NCBI GenBank assembly: GCA_963422205.2
Contig: CAXMWX010000004.1
Span: 1-37,612 of the forward strand
Length of the DNA: 37,612 bases
Direction of reading: 5' to 3'
From: Gammaproteobacteria bacterium
GTDB lineage: Bacteria; Pseudomonadota; Gammaproteobacteria; Eutrophobiales; Eutrophobiaceae
Shown here: piece after piece, positions 21,733-31,879 of the stretch
Layout of the letters: each line of letters begins with the position of its first letter
Position numbering within the stretch: position 1 is the stretch's first letter
Position numbers and translations under genes: made by a program
Notes under the pieces: generated by a model
Told to the model about the DNA's origin: nothing
The model's database searches: none
What the model saw: only the letters and a program-made list of their open reading frames with translations

Positions 21733-22452
21733 ATGCCAGAGTCTGAAAAGTCATTAGTTGAACTGCTAAAGGAAAACCACAACACTAAAGCTATTGAGCA
21801 CATTCTAAACGTGCTCAAAGCTGGTCTTTCTAGTGCTCCTTTTATGGGAGGTATTGCGTCTCTGATTGAGGACTACATACCCACATCAAAAAAGAAGCGG
21901 CTGGAAGAGTTTACTATGCGTGTAGCAGAGGATCTTACTAAGCTACAATCTCAAGTTCAAGAAAGCACTCTACACACTGACGATTTTGCTCATGTTTTTA
22001 AAGAATGTTTTAGAGGTGCGGCTGAAAACTACCAACAAGAGAAACTGGATTCTTTCAGAGGTATTCTCATTAACTCTGCAATTGGGGTTCAGGTTGAAGA
22101 GGGCGAGAAAGACTATTACATGACTTTGGTAAGCTCGCTTTCAGTGCTGCACCTTCAAATACTCAGATTCATGGTCAATCCAATCGATTACCTCAATGCC
22201 AATGGGATCGATCCAGCAAGTATTAGAGGGGGGTTTGGACAGTTTTTCCCTGTAGCAATTCCAAATGTGAGTATTGACGCAATCAAGTCTGCTTTTGGTG
22301 ATTTGTATGCATCAGGCATGATCAATACCGATAATTCTATCTTTGTAACAATGACTGCTGGCCAGGGTATCGAACTCCTGGGGCGAGATGGCAACAGGGT
22401 CTCATCATTTGGCAAGAGATTTATTCAATTCTGTACATCGCCGAACCAATGA
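21733..22452 (+). CDS. Hypothetical low-GC protein, gene-cassette-like; possibly Abi-alpha-like (helical N-terminus plus winged helix)
   Basis: Intact 239-aa ORF with AGGGA RBS directly after the attC-like site; family resemblance is tentative. Confidence 0.6.
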   Translation: MPESEKSLVELLKENHNTKAIEHILNVLKAGLSSAPFMGGIASLIEDYIPTSKKKRLEEFTMRVAEDLTKLQSQVQESTLHTDDFAHVFKECFRGAAENYQQEKLDSFRGILINSAIGVQVEEGEKDYYMTLVSSLSVLHLQILRFMVNPIDYLNANGIDPASIRGGFGQFFPVAIPNVSIDAIKSAFGDLYASGMINTDNSIFVTMTAGQGIELLGRDGNRVSSFGKRFIQFCTSPNQ

Positions 22453-22473
22453 AAAAAACAAGCGGCTCATGGC

Positions 22474-23004
22474 ATGAGACGTCGCAATGGTGAAATTACG
22501 AGTTGTATGTTACAAGAGGGAAAATATTTGCCGACACGGGCGAGGCGCCTGGTTTCAGCAGGTGATGTTATTGTCTCTTCGATTGAAGGTTCTTTGTCAA
22601 GCATTGCGCTGATTGAAAAAGAATATGATCAAGCCCTTTGTTCTACTGGCTTTCATGTGATTAGATCAGAAAACTTCAATCCAGAAACACTGCTTGTCTT
22701 GTTGAAAAGCAAAGTCGGGCAGTTGCAACTCAAAAAAGGATGTAGCGGCACTATTCTTACCACAATCAATAAAGATGAATTTGGCAAGCTGGTGCTGCCG
22801 AAAATAGCCGAAACAAAACAAACCCAAATCCAGCAAAAGATCAGGCAGTCTTTTCACTTACGCCAGCAATCAAAACACCTGTTGAAATGCGCCAAGCGGG
22901 TGGTGGAAATCGCCATCGAACAGGATGAGCAGACCGCCATCAACTGGCTGGAAAACAAAGTAAATGCGATGCAATCCCAGCAGGCACAGCTGCATAAACG
23001 GTAA
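22474..23004 (+). pseudogene. 5'-truncated hsdS half: an alternative second TRD plus the conserved C-terminal helix
   Basis: LPTRARR, AGDVIVSS, CSTGFHVI, GTILTTI are TRD-like; C-terminus nearly identical to the upstream HsdS; lacks TRD1, the spacer and the start of the TRD. Confidence 0.82.
22809..22955 (+). repeat. 147-bp direct repeat, copy 2
   Basis: Matches 21463-21609. Confidence 0.95.
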
Positions 23005-23084
23005 AGTATGAGTTTACTGGCGATAACAATTTACGACAGCTTACGGTCTTTACGAACTTCCCAGGTCAGGTGCAGCATTGATCT

Positions 23085-26000
23085 TTATCGGGTTTTAACA
23101 CGCACCCCGGCGGGTTGTTGCTGACGTGTGAACATCGCCATCGGCGAGTTATGCGAATCACGTATGATGATCCCGTGTTCATAGAGCGCATTCTGTAGCG
23201 CAGCGGCGATGGCGTGCAAGGGCGCACCGCCTCCTTCGCCCATGCCCTTGGCGCCGTTAAAGGTAAACGGCGATGGGGATTGCATGTTGGCACATTTGAG
23301 CGTTGGCATGTTGTTGATCGTCACCGGTGCATAGTCGGTAAACGAGCCTGAAATCACATTACCATCCTCATCAAACGGCATGGTCTCCACCATCGCCGCC
23401 CCAATCCCGTGACAGGCCGCCCCATGCACCTGGCCCTCGACAATCATGGGGTTAATGACCTTGCCGCAATCATCCACGATCGCATAATCCAGCACCTTGT
23501 ACTGACACGTGGCCGGCTTTAGCTCAATCACAGCAATATGCAGTTGCAAGGCATAGGTCAGCGTCAGATTTCCGGTCTTCGTCTTAACATCGGGCACCTC
23601 AAACGGCGGCATGTAGATGTGCCGTACATTCAAGGTAATATCACGCAACGCTTGCGGCAGGCTGGCGCTGTTGGCATTCACCAGGTTTGCTACCATCCAG
23701 AAGTTCATCCTGCGCTCGGTGCCCTTGACGCTCACCTCTGGCCCCATCTCACCCATGCCGTATGTGAGTTCATCCTCCTCCGCCTTCAGCGCAAAGCAGG
23801 CCAGCCGGCTGATTTCGTCTTTTAGCTTTTTTGCCGCCCCGTGTGCCGCCGATAAACCGGTGACGGCAAACTGGCTGGCATAGGTACCGGATTGCCCGGT
23901 ATGGCTGTTGCTCAATGAGTCAAAACCGGTACGCACGGTAACGGCATCCGGGTCAATGCCCAGTGTCTCGGCCACCACCTGGGCTGCCGTGGTCTCATGG
24001 CCCTGGCCCTGTGGAAACGTCCCCAGGCTGACGATCACCTGCCCATCCAGATCGAGCTTGGCTGTGGCCCCCGTGGAGTTACCGGAGAAGGGCGCCTCCG
24101 GGTTCACATAGCGCGCCTGTCCCCAGTTATTGGTGCCAGAATCCAGCGTGGTGCCGATGCCGATGCCAATTCGCCGAGCATCGCCGTCATCCCTGGCCGC
24201 CGCCTGGCGCTCATGCCAGGAATCCCAGCCAATCAGCGCCTTGGCCTTGTCCAGCATGGCAGGCAGATCGCCCGAATCATACACGCAGCCGTTGGGCGTG
24301 GTGTAGGGAAACTGAGGGATATAGTTTCGCCGGCGCATCTCATCGGCCGCAATGCCTAACTCATAGCCGCAAATATCCACGACTCGTTCCATGAACCAGA
24401 TATGCGGCAGACGTGAATAACCGCGGTTGGGTGCTGCCGGGCCTTTGTTGGTGGTGACCTGGGTAAACTCGATTCGGATATGGCGTAACTTATACGCAGC
24501 CGGCAGCACCTGCGACCAGATAGCACAGCCCAGCGGCTCATAACGCGGATACGCCCCCACATCATCCACATGCCGTGAGCAGAGGGCGGTGATCGTGCCG
24601 TCTTTATCCAGCGCCACCTTGGTATCATAATAGCTGCGCTCGCTGCCATGCCCGCCCGCCATCATGTGTTCACTGCGCGTTTCCACCCACTTGACCGGCG
24701 CACCGCCCGCCTTGCGCGAGGCCACCGCCGCCAGAGCGATGTAAGGATAGTTACAGATTTTATTGCCGAAACTGCCGCCAATATCATAGGTACGCAGGCG
24801 GATCTGATCCATGTTCACGCGCAAGGCCGGGGCGAGGAAGACCAGCGGTACAGTCATGATGGTGTTGGCAAACAGATCGATCTCATCACGCGGCCCCCAG
24901 ATGGCGACGATGGCATTGGTCTCCAGTGCCGTGCTGCCGAAACGATGAAAATACAGGCGATCGATCGTGACCACATGGGCGGCCTGCTCAAAGGCCGTGT
25001 CCACATCGCCGTAGTCAAACACATCGCTGAAGGTGATGTTGGTGCCAGCCCCCCCATGCAGGATGACCGCATCCTGCTCTGCCTGTTCACAACAGATAAC
25101 CGGTGGCAGGACGTCGTACACCACATTGACCAACTGCACACCATCCGCCGCTATCGCTGGCGTTTCAGCGATCACCGCCACGATCGGATCGCCCTGATAG
25201 ACCGCTTTGTCCACCGCCAGCGGGTAGTCCTTGATGCCTTGCGGTGCACCGGCGCCGATCTGAATGAAGGGGTCGCATTGCTCGGCGATCTCTTTGCCGG
25301 TCAAGGTACAGACCACACCGGGCAGTGCCTCCGCTTTGGAGAGATCAATAGCGGCGATCCTGGCATGGGCATAGGGTGAGCGCACCAGGGCCAGGTGTAA
25401 CAGGCCGGCCGGCTGATAATCATCCACAAAAAACCCCTTGCCCGTAAGCAGACGTTTATCTTCCTTGCGCTTCAGTTTTTGTGCAGTACGTCCGCTGTTC
25501 AACACCCTGGCCATACGCTGCTGTTTTTCCCGGCCGAGGCGCTCCCGGTGCGGTGCGGGTGTCGCCAGTGCTGTCGGCCAGTCTGGCGCCATCTGCTGGC
25601 CCTCATCACCGGCATCGCCAAGGATGCGTGACAGCCAGCCGCCCCCTTTGCCAGCAGGCCGGGCGTTTGCGGCATCGGCTGACATGGCCTGTTGCAGGCA
25701 ACCGATCAGTTTTTTGATCTCTCTCTCGGCATAGCCTTTCATGCCGCCACCGGCCAGCGATAATATCCGCCCCACCAGCTCGGCCTCGCCCTGCCACAGC
25801 ACCTGTGTGCCTTTGTCGGTCTCGGTCAATGTGAATGCGGCGCTTAATTCATACGCCCCCTGCATGAGCTTGCCCCGGCCAGTGTAACGGGCATGCGCCG
25901 GTGCTTTTGCCTCCACCAGGCATAACTCGGTTGAGGCCGTGCTGCTGATTCTGCCGATGCCGACTTTTACCCGCACCAGGGCGGTGCGATCATCCTGCAT

Positions 26001-26117
26001 CTCCAGGCTGTGGAAGGTGGGCAGCAGCGGGGCGAAGCGGGCCGGATTGGCCAGCAGATCATAGACGGCCTGCCGGTGTTGATCGACAGTGAATTCGCCG
26101 GAGAATATGAGCTTCAT
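23085..26117 (-). CDS. Xanthine dehydrogenase-family molybdopterin large subunit with N-terminal CoxG/SRPBCC domain
   Basis: N-terminal ~145 aa CoxG-like, then [57 protein letters not shown]; ATG 26117 overlaps the small-subunit stop (ATGA). Confidence 0.9.
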   Translation of the reverse strand: MKLIFSGEFTVDQHRQAVYDLLANPARFAPLLPTFHSLEMQDDRTALVRVKVGIGRISSTASTELCLVEAKAPAHARYTGRGKLMQGAYELSAAFTLTETDKGTQVLWQGEAELVGRILSLAGGGMKGYAEREIKKLIGCLQQAMSADAANARPAGKGGGWLSRILGDAGDEGQQMAPDWPTALATPAPHRERLGREKQQRMARVLNSGRTAQKLKRKEDKRLLTGKGFFVDDYQPAGLLHLALVRSPYAHARIAAIDLSKAEALPGVVCTLTGKEIAEQCDPFIQIGAGAPQGIKDYPLAVDKAVYQGDPIVAVIAETPAIAADGVQLVNVVYDVLPPVICCEQAEQDAVILHGGAGTNITFSDVFDYGDVDTAFEQAAHVVTIDRLYFHRFGSTALETNAIVAIWGPRDEIDLFANTIMTVPLVFLAPALRVNMDQIRLRTYDIGGSFGNKICNYPYIALAAVASRKAGGAPVKWVETRSEHMMAGGHGSERSYYDTKVALDKDGTITALCSRHVDDVGAYPRYEPLGCAIWSQVLPAAYKLRHIRIEFTQVTTNKGPAAPNRGYSRLPHIWFMERVVDICGYELGIAADEMRRRNYIPQFPYTTPNGCVYDSGDLPAMLDKAKALIGWDSWHERQAAARDDGDARRIGIGIGTTLDSGTNNWGQARYVNPEAPFSGNSTGATAKLDLDGQVIVSLGTFPQGQGHETTAAQVVAETLGIDPDAVTVRTGFDSLSNSHTGQSGTYASQFAVTGLSAAHGAAKKLKDEISRLACFALKAEEDELTYGMGEMGPEVSVKGTERRMNFWMVANLVNANSASLPQALRDITLNVRHIYMPPFEVPDVKTKTGNLTLTYALQLHIAVIELKPATCQYKVLDYAIVDDCGKVINPMIVEGQVHGAACHGIGAAMVETMPFDEDGNVISGSFTDYAPVTINNMPTLKCANMQSPSPFTFNGAKGMGEGGGAPLHAIAAALQNALYEHGIIIRDSHNSPMAMFTRQQQPAGVRVKTR

Positions 26118-26611
26118 GATCCCCCCTCCCGTAGTTGTCTGGCCGCCGCCTGCACAGACTTGATGATATTCTGATAACCGGTACAACGGCAGAGGTTACC
26201 CGCCAGGGCGGTGCGAATGTCCTTCTCCTCAGGGGCCGGATTCTCGGCCAGCAGTGCCAGCGAGGACATTAACATGCCGGGTGTGCAATAACCGCATTGC
26301 AGCCCGTGATGTTCAGAAAACGCCTGTTGCAGTGGATGCAACTCATCTCCCCCGGCCAGCCCTTCGACAGTGATGATCTCAAACCCATCGGCCTGCACCG
26401 CAAACAGGGTACAAGACTTGATGGCCTCGCCATTCATGATCAGGGTACAGGCGCCACAAAAACTGGTATCACAGCCAATATGGGTACCGGTCAATTTGAG
26501 TTCCTCACGGATAAACTCAACCAGCAACAGGCGCGGCTCGATTTCCCGCTGATAGGTCGTGCCGTTTACGCCGATGCGGATGCGTACTTTGTCGCCTTTC
26601 GTCTCAGACAT
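26114..26611 (-). CDS. Molybdenum hydroxylase small (2Fe-2S) subunit
   Basis: [28 protein letters not shown]. Confidence 0.95.
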   Translation of the reverse strand: MSETKGDKVRIRIGVNGTTYQREIEPRLLLVEFIREELKLTGTHIGCDTSFCGACTLIMNGEAIKSCTLFAVQADGFEIITVEGLAGGDELHPLQQAFSEHHGLQCGYCTPGMLMSSLALLAENPAPEEKDIRTALAGNLCRCTGYQNIIKSVQAAARQLREGGS

Positions 26612-27497
26612 AGTCATTCCCCCGCACGGTGGTCTTTCCCATCGCCCGCTGCAAGGCGGTATCGGCGGCTTTGAGAAATAAGGATTTCAAGACTGCGCGC
26701 TTAAAATCGGCAGAACCACGGGCATCGGACGGCGGGTCGGCCCGGGCGATCAGCTTATCGGCGGCCTGTTGTATCACGGCTGGCTCTGGACGTTGCCCCT
26801 GTAACACCGCTTCGGCCTCTGTGCAGGTGACAGGCACGGCGGCGGAGGCGCCCAGCACCAGCCGGGCTGTGCTGATAATGTCATTATCCAGGGTCAGCTG
26901 AACCCCGACGGCGGCGGCCGGGTAGGCCGGGGCGGCTTTCTTAAAGCCGATATAGGCACTGCCTGACTGTGCGGGCGGCAGGGTAAAACTGATCTCGGTG
27001 ACCAGCTCCGCCGCCTTCAGGCTGTTGGTATAGGGAGCAACGATAAATTCATGCACCGGGATGCGGCGCTCGCCCTCGGGCCCCAGAGCATGAATATCCG
27101 CATTCAGGATATGCAGCACGGCCGGCCAGTCGCTGGCCGGGTCGGCGATGCTGACCGAGCCGCCGATGGTGCCCAGGTTTCGCACCTGTGGGTCGGCAAT
27201 GCCACGGGCTGTATCGCCGATTGCCGGTACCCGGCTTGCCAGCTCACAGGCAGCTATCTCGGCATGGGTCATCAGTGCCCCCATCCTGATCTCGGTCGCT
27301 GTCATTGTGATGTGCATCAGTTCCGGGATGCGGCCAATATCGATCAACTCGGCCGGCTCATCCATACGCATCTTCAAGACAGGAATCAGCGACTGCCCGC
27401 CAGCAAGCAGCCTGGCACCATCGCCCAGTTGCTGCATGAGCGTGATCGCCTCAGCGACAGTGCCGGGACGAAAGTAGCGAAACGGTGCAGGATACAT
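26604..27497 (-). CDS. Molybdenum hydroxylase medium (FAD) subunit
   Basis: [39 protein letters not shown]. Confidence 0.93.
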   Translation of the reverse strand: MYPAPFRYFRPGTVAEAITLMQQLGDGARLLAGGQSLIPVLKMRMDEPAELIDIGRIPELMHITMTATEIRMGALMTHAEIAACELASRVPAIGDTARGIADPQVRNLGTIGGSVSIADPASDWPAVLHILNADIHALGPEGERRIPVHEFIVAPYTNSLKAAELVTEISFTLPPAQSGSAYIGFKKAAPAYPAAAVGVQLTLDNDIISTARLVLGASAAVPVTCTEAEAVLQGQRPEPAVIQQAADKLIARADPPSDARGSADFKRAVLKSLFLKAADTALQRAMGKTTVRGNDYV

Positions 27498-27506
27498 AGT
27501 GAGGCA

Positions 27507-27535
27507 AGGATAATCGCCTAGCGGCGGGTAGTCAA
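27507..27535 (-). promoter_or_regulatory. Sigma70-like promoter TTGACT-N17-TATCCT for the molybdenum hydroxylase operon
   Basis: Minus-strand -35 at 27535-27530 and -10 at 27512-27507, exact 17-bp spacer, 9 nt before the ATG. Confidence 0.6.
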
Positions 27536-27762
27536 TTCACACCCGCCTGATCGGATCATGAGACGTGCAAGCCATCGCCTTGCCAACGAGGGCGGGGATG
27601 AGAAGCCTTATCGCCGGTGGTGTGGTATGCCGAGGTCAATCATTTAAGACAGCAAAAACCAGGACGAATCTGCCAGTATCCATTATCATAGCCGCTGTGT
27701 GCTTGTGTGGTGCTGCCCGTTGGTATCACGTTACCTTACATTTTCGTCTTCGGAGAATCATC

Positions 27763-28866
27763 ATGACCATGCGTATTGCGCCCAAAGTGGGCGTCATCTT
27801 CAAGTCTTACGAGCCGTTGTCTGCCATGCAGAACTATGCCCGGCAGACTGAGGCATCCGGTATGAATGGCGGCTTCTGGATCGCCGAGGCCTATCACTGG
27901 TTTCGTCAGTATGGGCTGGAGTCCCGCGGCTGTTTCGCTACCCTGGCCGCCGTGGCTATGGCAACTAAAGACGTGCCGATTGGCCTTGGGATCACCACGC
28001 CGTACAGCCGCCATCCAACCGTGCTGGCCGCCGAGGCCGCCGCCATTGATGAGCTGGCCGATGGGCGGTTTATCATGGGGCTGGGCGTGGGCAAGGTGGG
28101 GATTGAATATCTGGAATACGATATTGAGGTGATGAAGCCGGTGCCGGTGCATCGTGAGTCCATGGCCATTATACGCAAGGTCTTGAGCGGCGAGCCATTC
28201 AGCTACGAAGGCCAGTTCTATCATTCCACCATGCCGGCTTATGATCGTCATGCCGCTGGCTTGAGGACAACGATCCCGATTTATGTCGGGGCGACCGGGC
28301 CATTCATGCAGCGCTTGTCCGGCAGTGCTGGCGATGGCATGTTGCTGGCTGGCCTGACCTCGCCCGCCTTCGTCCGCTATGCTATCGATAACATGCGGGC
28401 CGGCGCGGCCAGGGCGGGCAAAACCCTGGCGGCGGATTTTCCGGTCGGTGGTGTCATCCTCTGTGCCTGCTCTGAGGATGGCGACAAGGCGCGGGATGCG
28501 ACCCGATCCTATACCGGAACCTATGTGGTGAATAAGATCAGAAACATTAAAAACGATGTAATTTTGTCCGGTTCTGGTTTACCTGACTCCGCCTGGGATC
28601 CATTCCGAAAAGCGATAGCAGAAGGTACTCAGGATAATGTCACGCATCTGGTGAGCGATGAGATCATGCGCCGGTTTACGGTGATCTCCGGTACGCCGGA
28701 GGATTGCCTGGCGATTACGCAGGAGCTGGTTGATGCTGGCCTCAATCTGCCCTTGCTTGAGGTGGTCGGCGCCAGCGAGGCGGATAATCTGGAGACCATT
28801 CGCCTGATGGGCGAGCATGTGATCCCTGGGCTCAAGCCATGCCTTATGGAGGGTGATGCGCCATGA
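27763..28866 (+). CDS. LLM-class (luciferase-like) flavin/F420-dependent oxidoreductase
   Basis: FWIAEAYH, IGLGITTPYSRHP, DELADGRFIMGLGVG, IPIYVGATGP; GGAG RBS before ATG 27763. Confidence 0.88.
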   Translation: MTMRIAPKVGVIFKSYEPLSAMQNYARQTEASGMNGGFWIAEAYHWFRQYGLESRGCFATLAAVAMATKDVPIGLGITTPYSRHPTVLAAEAAAIDELADGRFIMGLGVGKVGIEYLEYDIEVMKPVPVHRESMAIIRKVLSGEPFSYEGQFYHSTMPAYDRHAAGLRTTIPIYVGATGPFMQRLSGSAGDGMLLAGLTSPAFVRYAIDNMRAGAARAGKTLAADFPVGGVILCACSEDGDKARDATRSYTGTYVVNKIRNIKNDVILSGSGLPDSAWDPFRKAIAEGTQDNVTHLVSDEIMRRFTVISGTPEDCLAITQELVDAGLNLPLLEVVGASEADNLETIRLMGEHVIPGLKPCLMEGDAP

Positions 28867-29771
28867 AACTGCTGACTTTTGATATAAACGAGACGGCCCG
28901 GCGCACCATCGGTGCGTATCAGGATGGGCGGTATGCCGATCTGGCGGCCTTATCTGCTGGTGCGCTGCCCGATAACATGCTGGGGTTTTTGCAGGGCGGG
29001 GCGGCGATGATGGATACGGCGCGTGAATTGCTGGCCGCCGCCGGCGATGCCCACCGCTATGCCGAGCATGAGATCAGCAAGCAGGCGCCGGTGCCGCTGC
29101 CGGGCAAGATCGTTCACACCTCGTGCAATTTTGGCAAGCACCTGGAAGAATTGACCGGCTGGCGAGACCCGGTGTGGGAGTCGCACAACTGGGGAGATTT
29201 TCACTTCGAACACCCCACTGGTTTTCTGGAGGCGCCCTCCTCGGTGGTCGGCGATGGTGCCGAGGTCGAGATTCCGGTGTTCACCAAACAGCTGGACTTT
29301 GAGATCGAGCTGGGGATCGTGATCGGCAAAGAGGCGTACCGTATCAGCACTGAACAAGCGATGGATCATGTTGCCGGTTTTATGATCTTCAATGATCTCT
29401 CTGCCCGCGATATTCAAGCGCGCGAGCATTCTAATAAAGTCATTCTCATGGGCAAGAGCTTCAAGGGTTCATGTCCTTTCGGACCCTGTTTGGTCACGGC
29501 TGATGAGTTGGACGACCCGCATCGACTGGACATGAAGCTGCGGGTGAACGATGAGTTGCGGCAGGATGCCAACACCGGTGATATGCACTACAAGACCGCC
29601 GAGTTGGTCTCCTGGTGGTCGCACATGGGTTTGTATCCCGGCGATGTCATTACCAGTGGCAGCCCGCCTGGCGTGGCAGCGGGCATGGATGTGCCGAAGT
29701 GGTTGGCAGTCGGCGACAGGATCGATGCGACTATTGAGCAACTGGGTACGCTGACCACGTATATTGTTTAG
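28863..29771 (+). CDS. Fumarylacetoacetate hydrolase (FAH) family protein
   Basis: LDFEIELGIVIGK, FNDLSARDIQ, GKSF, PFGP, PGDVITSGSPPGV; ATGA overlap with the LLM gene. Confidence 0.92.
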   Translation: MKLLTFDINETARRTIGAYQDGRYADLAALSAGALPDNMLGFLQGGAAMMDTARELLAAAGDAHRYAEHEISKQAPVPLPGKIVHTSCNFGKHLEELTGWRDPVWESHNWGDFHFEHPTGFLEAPSSVVGDGAEVEIPVFTKQLDFEIELGIVIGKEAYRISTEQAMDHVAGFMIFNDLSARDIQAREHSNKVILMGKSFKGSCPFGPCLVTADELDDPHRLDMKLRVNDELRQDANTGDMHYKTAELVSWWSHMGLYPGDVITSGSPPGVAAGMDVPKWLAVGDRIDATIEQLGTLTTYIV

Positions 29772-29772
29772 G
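29661..29772 (+). repeat. 112-bp direct repeat, copy 1 (3' end of the FAH gene including its stop)
   Basis: Identical to 31880-31991 except A29741 vs G31960. Confidence 0.97.
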
Positions 29773-29819
29773 CCAAGTGTATAGCTAAAAATAAAGCACA
29801 CAGACTAACACTAAAGGAA

Positions 29820-30596
29820 ATGGATGAAATGGCCTATGAAAATCTGGATTTGAAAAAACCGATAGAATCGGAAGACTATGAAGAATGCTCAGATTTCATG
29901 ACAATTTCTATTGAAGGCATGATGCAAGATGCTATGGACAACAGAAGGAACAAGATCGTAATTAATACGAATCTTAAATATGGCATCCCAATGGAAAATA
30001 TAAATAAAATTGCCGGGCCTTTTATTGAGGCATGGGTATATGAAGTATTTACAGAATGTCTCGAAGATGAGAATAATAAATATCAATTAATAAATGTTGA
30101 GGCTGGTGAACGTCTGAATATGGCGGACGTAATTTTACAGTTCAAGAAAACCAGAAAGAGAAATTCCAGCGTTACTGGTTATGTTGACGTTAAGGCGACT
30201 TCAAAGGATATTGAGAATAGTGGGAAGTCTCCAAATATTACTTCATTCGCTCGTATCCGCTCGGCCTATGTTACCGATCCGGATTATATATTTATCATCT
30301 TGTCGATTAAACATAAGGTATTTAGCGCCAAGGATAGTGCAACTGAAATGATGATGGGGGTTATGGAAGTAGTGGATTTTAATGCTTACGATCTAAAATA
30401 CTTATCTGATTTCGATCTTAGCTACAATCCTGCATTGGGAACTGGACAAATTCAAGTACGCGATATTCACTATGTTTCAGTAAAAAAGAGGAGTGCTTGG
30501 GAGTTTTGCAAATTACTTGACAAAAAGTTTATTGCATCAAAAAAAGGTTATGATCAGTGGGTTGAATATGCAGAACAAAATGGGTGGATTAAGTAG
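29820..30596 (+). CDS. Probable Type II restriction endonuclease (PD-(D/E)xK)
   Basis: Low GC; MADVILQF...YVDVKAT catalytic-like motif; abuts a DNA methyltransferase. Confidence 0.72.
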   Translation: MDEMAYENLDLKKPIESEDYEECSDFMTISIEGMMQDAMDNRRNKIVINTNLKYGIPMENINKIAGPFIEAWVYEVFTECLEDENNKYQLINVEAGERLNMADVILQFKKTRKRNSSVTGYVDVKATSKDIENSGKSPNITSFARIRSAYVTDPDYIFIILSIKHKVFSAKDSATEMMMGVMEVVDFNAYDLKYLSDFDLSYNPALGTGQIQVRDIHYVSVKKRSAWEFCKLLDKKFIASKKGYDQWVEYAEQNGWIK

Positions 30597-31523
30597 ATGA
30601 AGAAAATCGACCTGCGATGTGGTGATGCACTGAAATTATTCAAAGGAATAGAGAGTGAATCAATTGATGTGATCATAGCGGATCCTCCATATAATCTGGG
30701 AAAAGACTATGGGAACAATCATGATTCAAAAGCGTTTGAAGATTATTTGAAGTTCACCAGAAAATGGCTTTCTGAAGCCAAAAGAGTTTTAAAACCTACT
30801 GGTACTGTATACGTGTTTATGGGCGTCAGGTTTATATCATATCTATATGACATTTTAGATAAAGAACTAGAAATGTTTTTTAATAGTTGGATAGTATGGC
30901 ACTACACGCAGGGACTAGGTAAAACAAAAGGATTTTCACCCAGACACGATGATATTTTAATGTTTACGAAATCAGATAAGTTTATATTTAATTTAGATGA
31001 TATTCGTGTTCCTCAGAAATATTATCGCGCAAGGAACAATATGCGTGGCGCAAATCCTGGTGATGTCTGGAAATTTTCTCATGTTCATTATTGTAATTCC
31101 AACAGGCAGAATCACCCTACTCAAAAACCGGAAGGTCTGATAGAAAGAATGGTATTAGCATCCAGTAATGAAAGTGGGTTGGTTCTTGATCCCTTCTCTG
31201 GAAGTGGAACAACTTTAAGGGTATGCCAACAAGTCAAACGAATGGCTATAGGGTTTGAACTGAACCCCGATTATACAGAAATGACTAATGCGCGTCTTTC
31301 GGAGAGTTTTATTGGATTTGATAGTATTGATTCAAGAATGGAGAGGGTGCCAAACGACTTGCGAAAACCTGATATCAGAGATGAATATCTGGAAAATCAT
31401 GTTAAATGGTTCTTGCACAATCATGAAAATGCTTTGGAAGTATTCCGAAAAGCTGTTAAGGAAAAATACGGTATTGATGTTGGTATTACTTCAATGAGTT
31501 CCAGGCAGATAGAGATGTTATAG
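30597..31523 (+). CDS. Beta-class N4-C/N6-A DNA methyltransferase
   Basis: ADPPYN (motif IV) precedes HPTQKPE and LDPFSGSGTT (motif I). Confidence 0.93.
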   Translation: MKKIDLRCGDALKLFKGIESESIDVIIADPPYNLGKDYGNNHDSKAFEDYLKFTRKWLSEAKRVLKPTGTVYVFMGVRFISYLYDILDKELEMFFNSWIVWHYTQGLGKTKGFSPRHDDILMFTKSDKFIFNLDDIRVPQKYYRARNNMRGANPGDVWKFSHVHYCNSNRQNHPTQKPEGLIERMVLASSNESGLVLDPFSGSGTTLRVCQQVKRMAIGFELNPDYTEMTNARLSESFIGFDSIDSRMERVPNDLRKPDIRDEYLENHVKWFLHNHENALEVFRKAVKEKYGIDVGITSMSSRQIEML

Positions 31524-31574
31524 CTTATGTTTAAATGGGTTGGTTTTTTGAAACGCAGATAAACTTGCATATAG

Positions 31575-31879
31575 GTGGAAATCGAATCCTTAATTTGTCA
31601 GGTGAAAGAATATGATCGAGCGGTACGTGATCATATCAATACACACCGTTATCAAGTTGATCTTCTTAAAAACTCATCAAACTGGAGTCAAATATTCGTT
31701 TCCATTGATACGATAGAGGACACGTTATATGCAATCGATTCATATCTTGCATCTGACTTTCCCAATGTTTCTGGTCTTCAGTACATATATACGTATGGTT
31801 TACTGCAATCTCTTTTCTTGCAGCAGGATGGTATTCGCCATTTAAGTGAGGCATTTGGTGTAACTCATGAGGTATCGCA
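31575..31879 (+). pseudogene. 3'-truncated hypothetical low-GC gene that reads out of frame into the duplicated FAH 3' end (stop at 31973)
   Basis: AT-rich coding-like sequence to 31879; the tail ARLAWQRAWMCRSGWQ is the alternative-frame translation of the repeat. Confidence 0.65.

Noticed and set aside
20225-23004. Invertible hsdS shufflon
   Set aside because: The repeats are direct, both copies are on one strand, and no recombinase is present; recombination between the tails would delete TRD2b rather than swap it in
16989-23084. Terminal repeats bounding the first R-M island
   Set aside because: Only short scattered matches at the two edges; no convincing direct or inverted repeat found by eye
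23085-27497. Aerobic CO dehydrogenase (coxMSL) call
   Set aside because: Same M-S-L order and a CoxG domain, but the AYxCSFR Cu-binding loop is absent (PNRGYSR instead)
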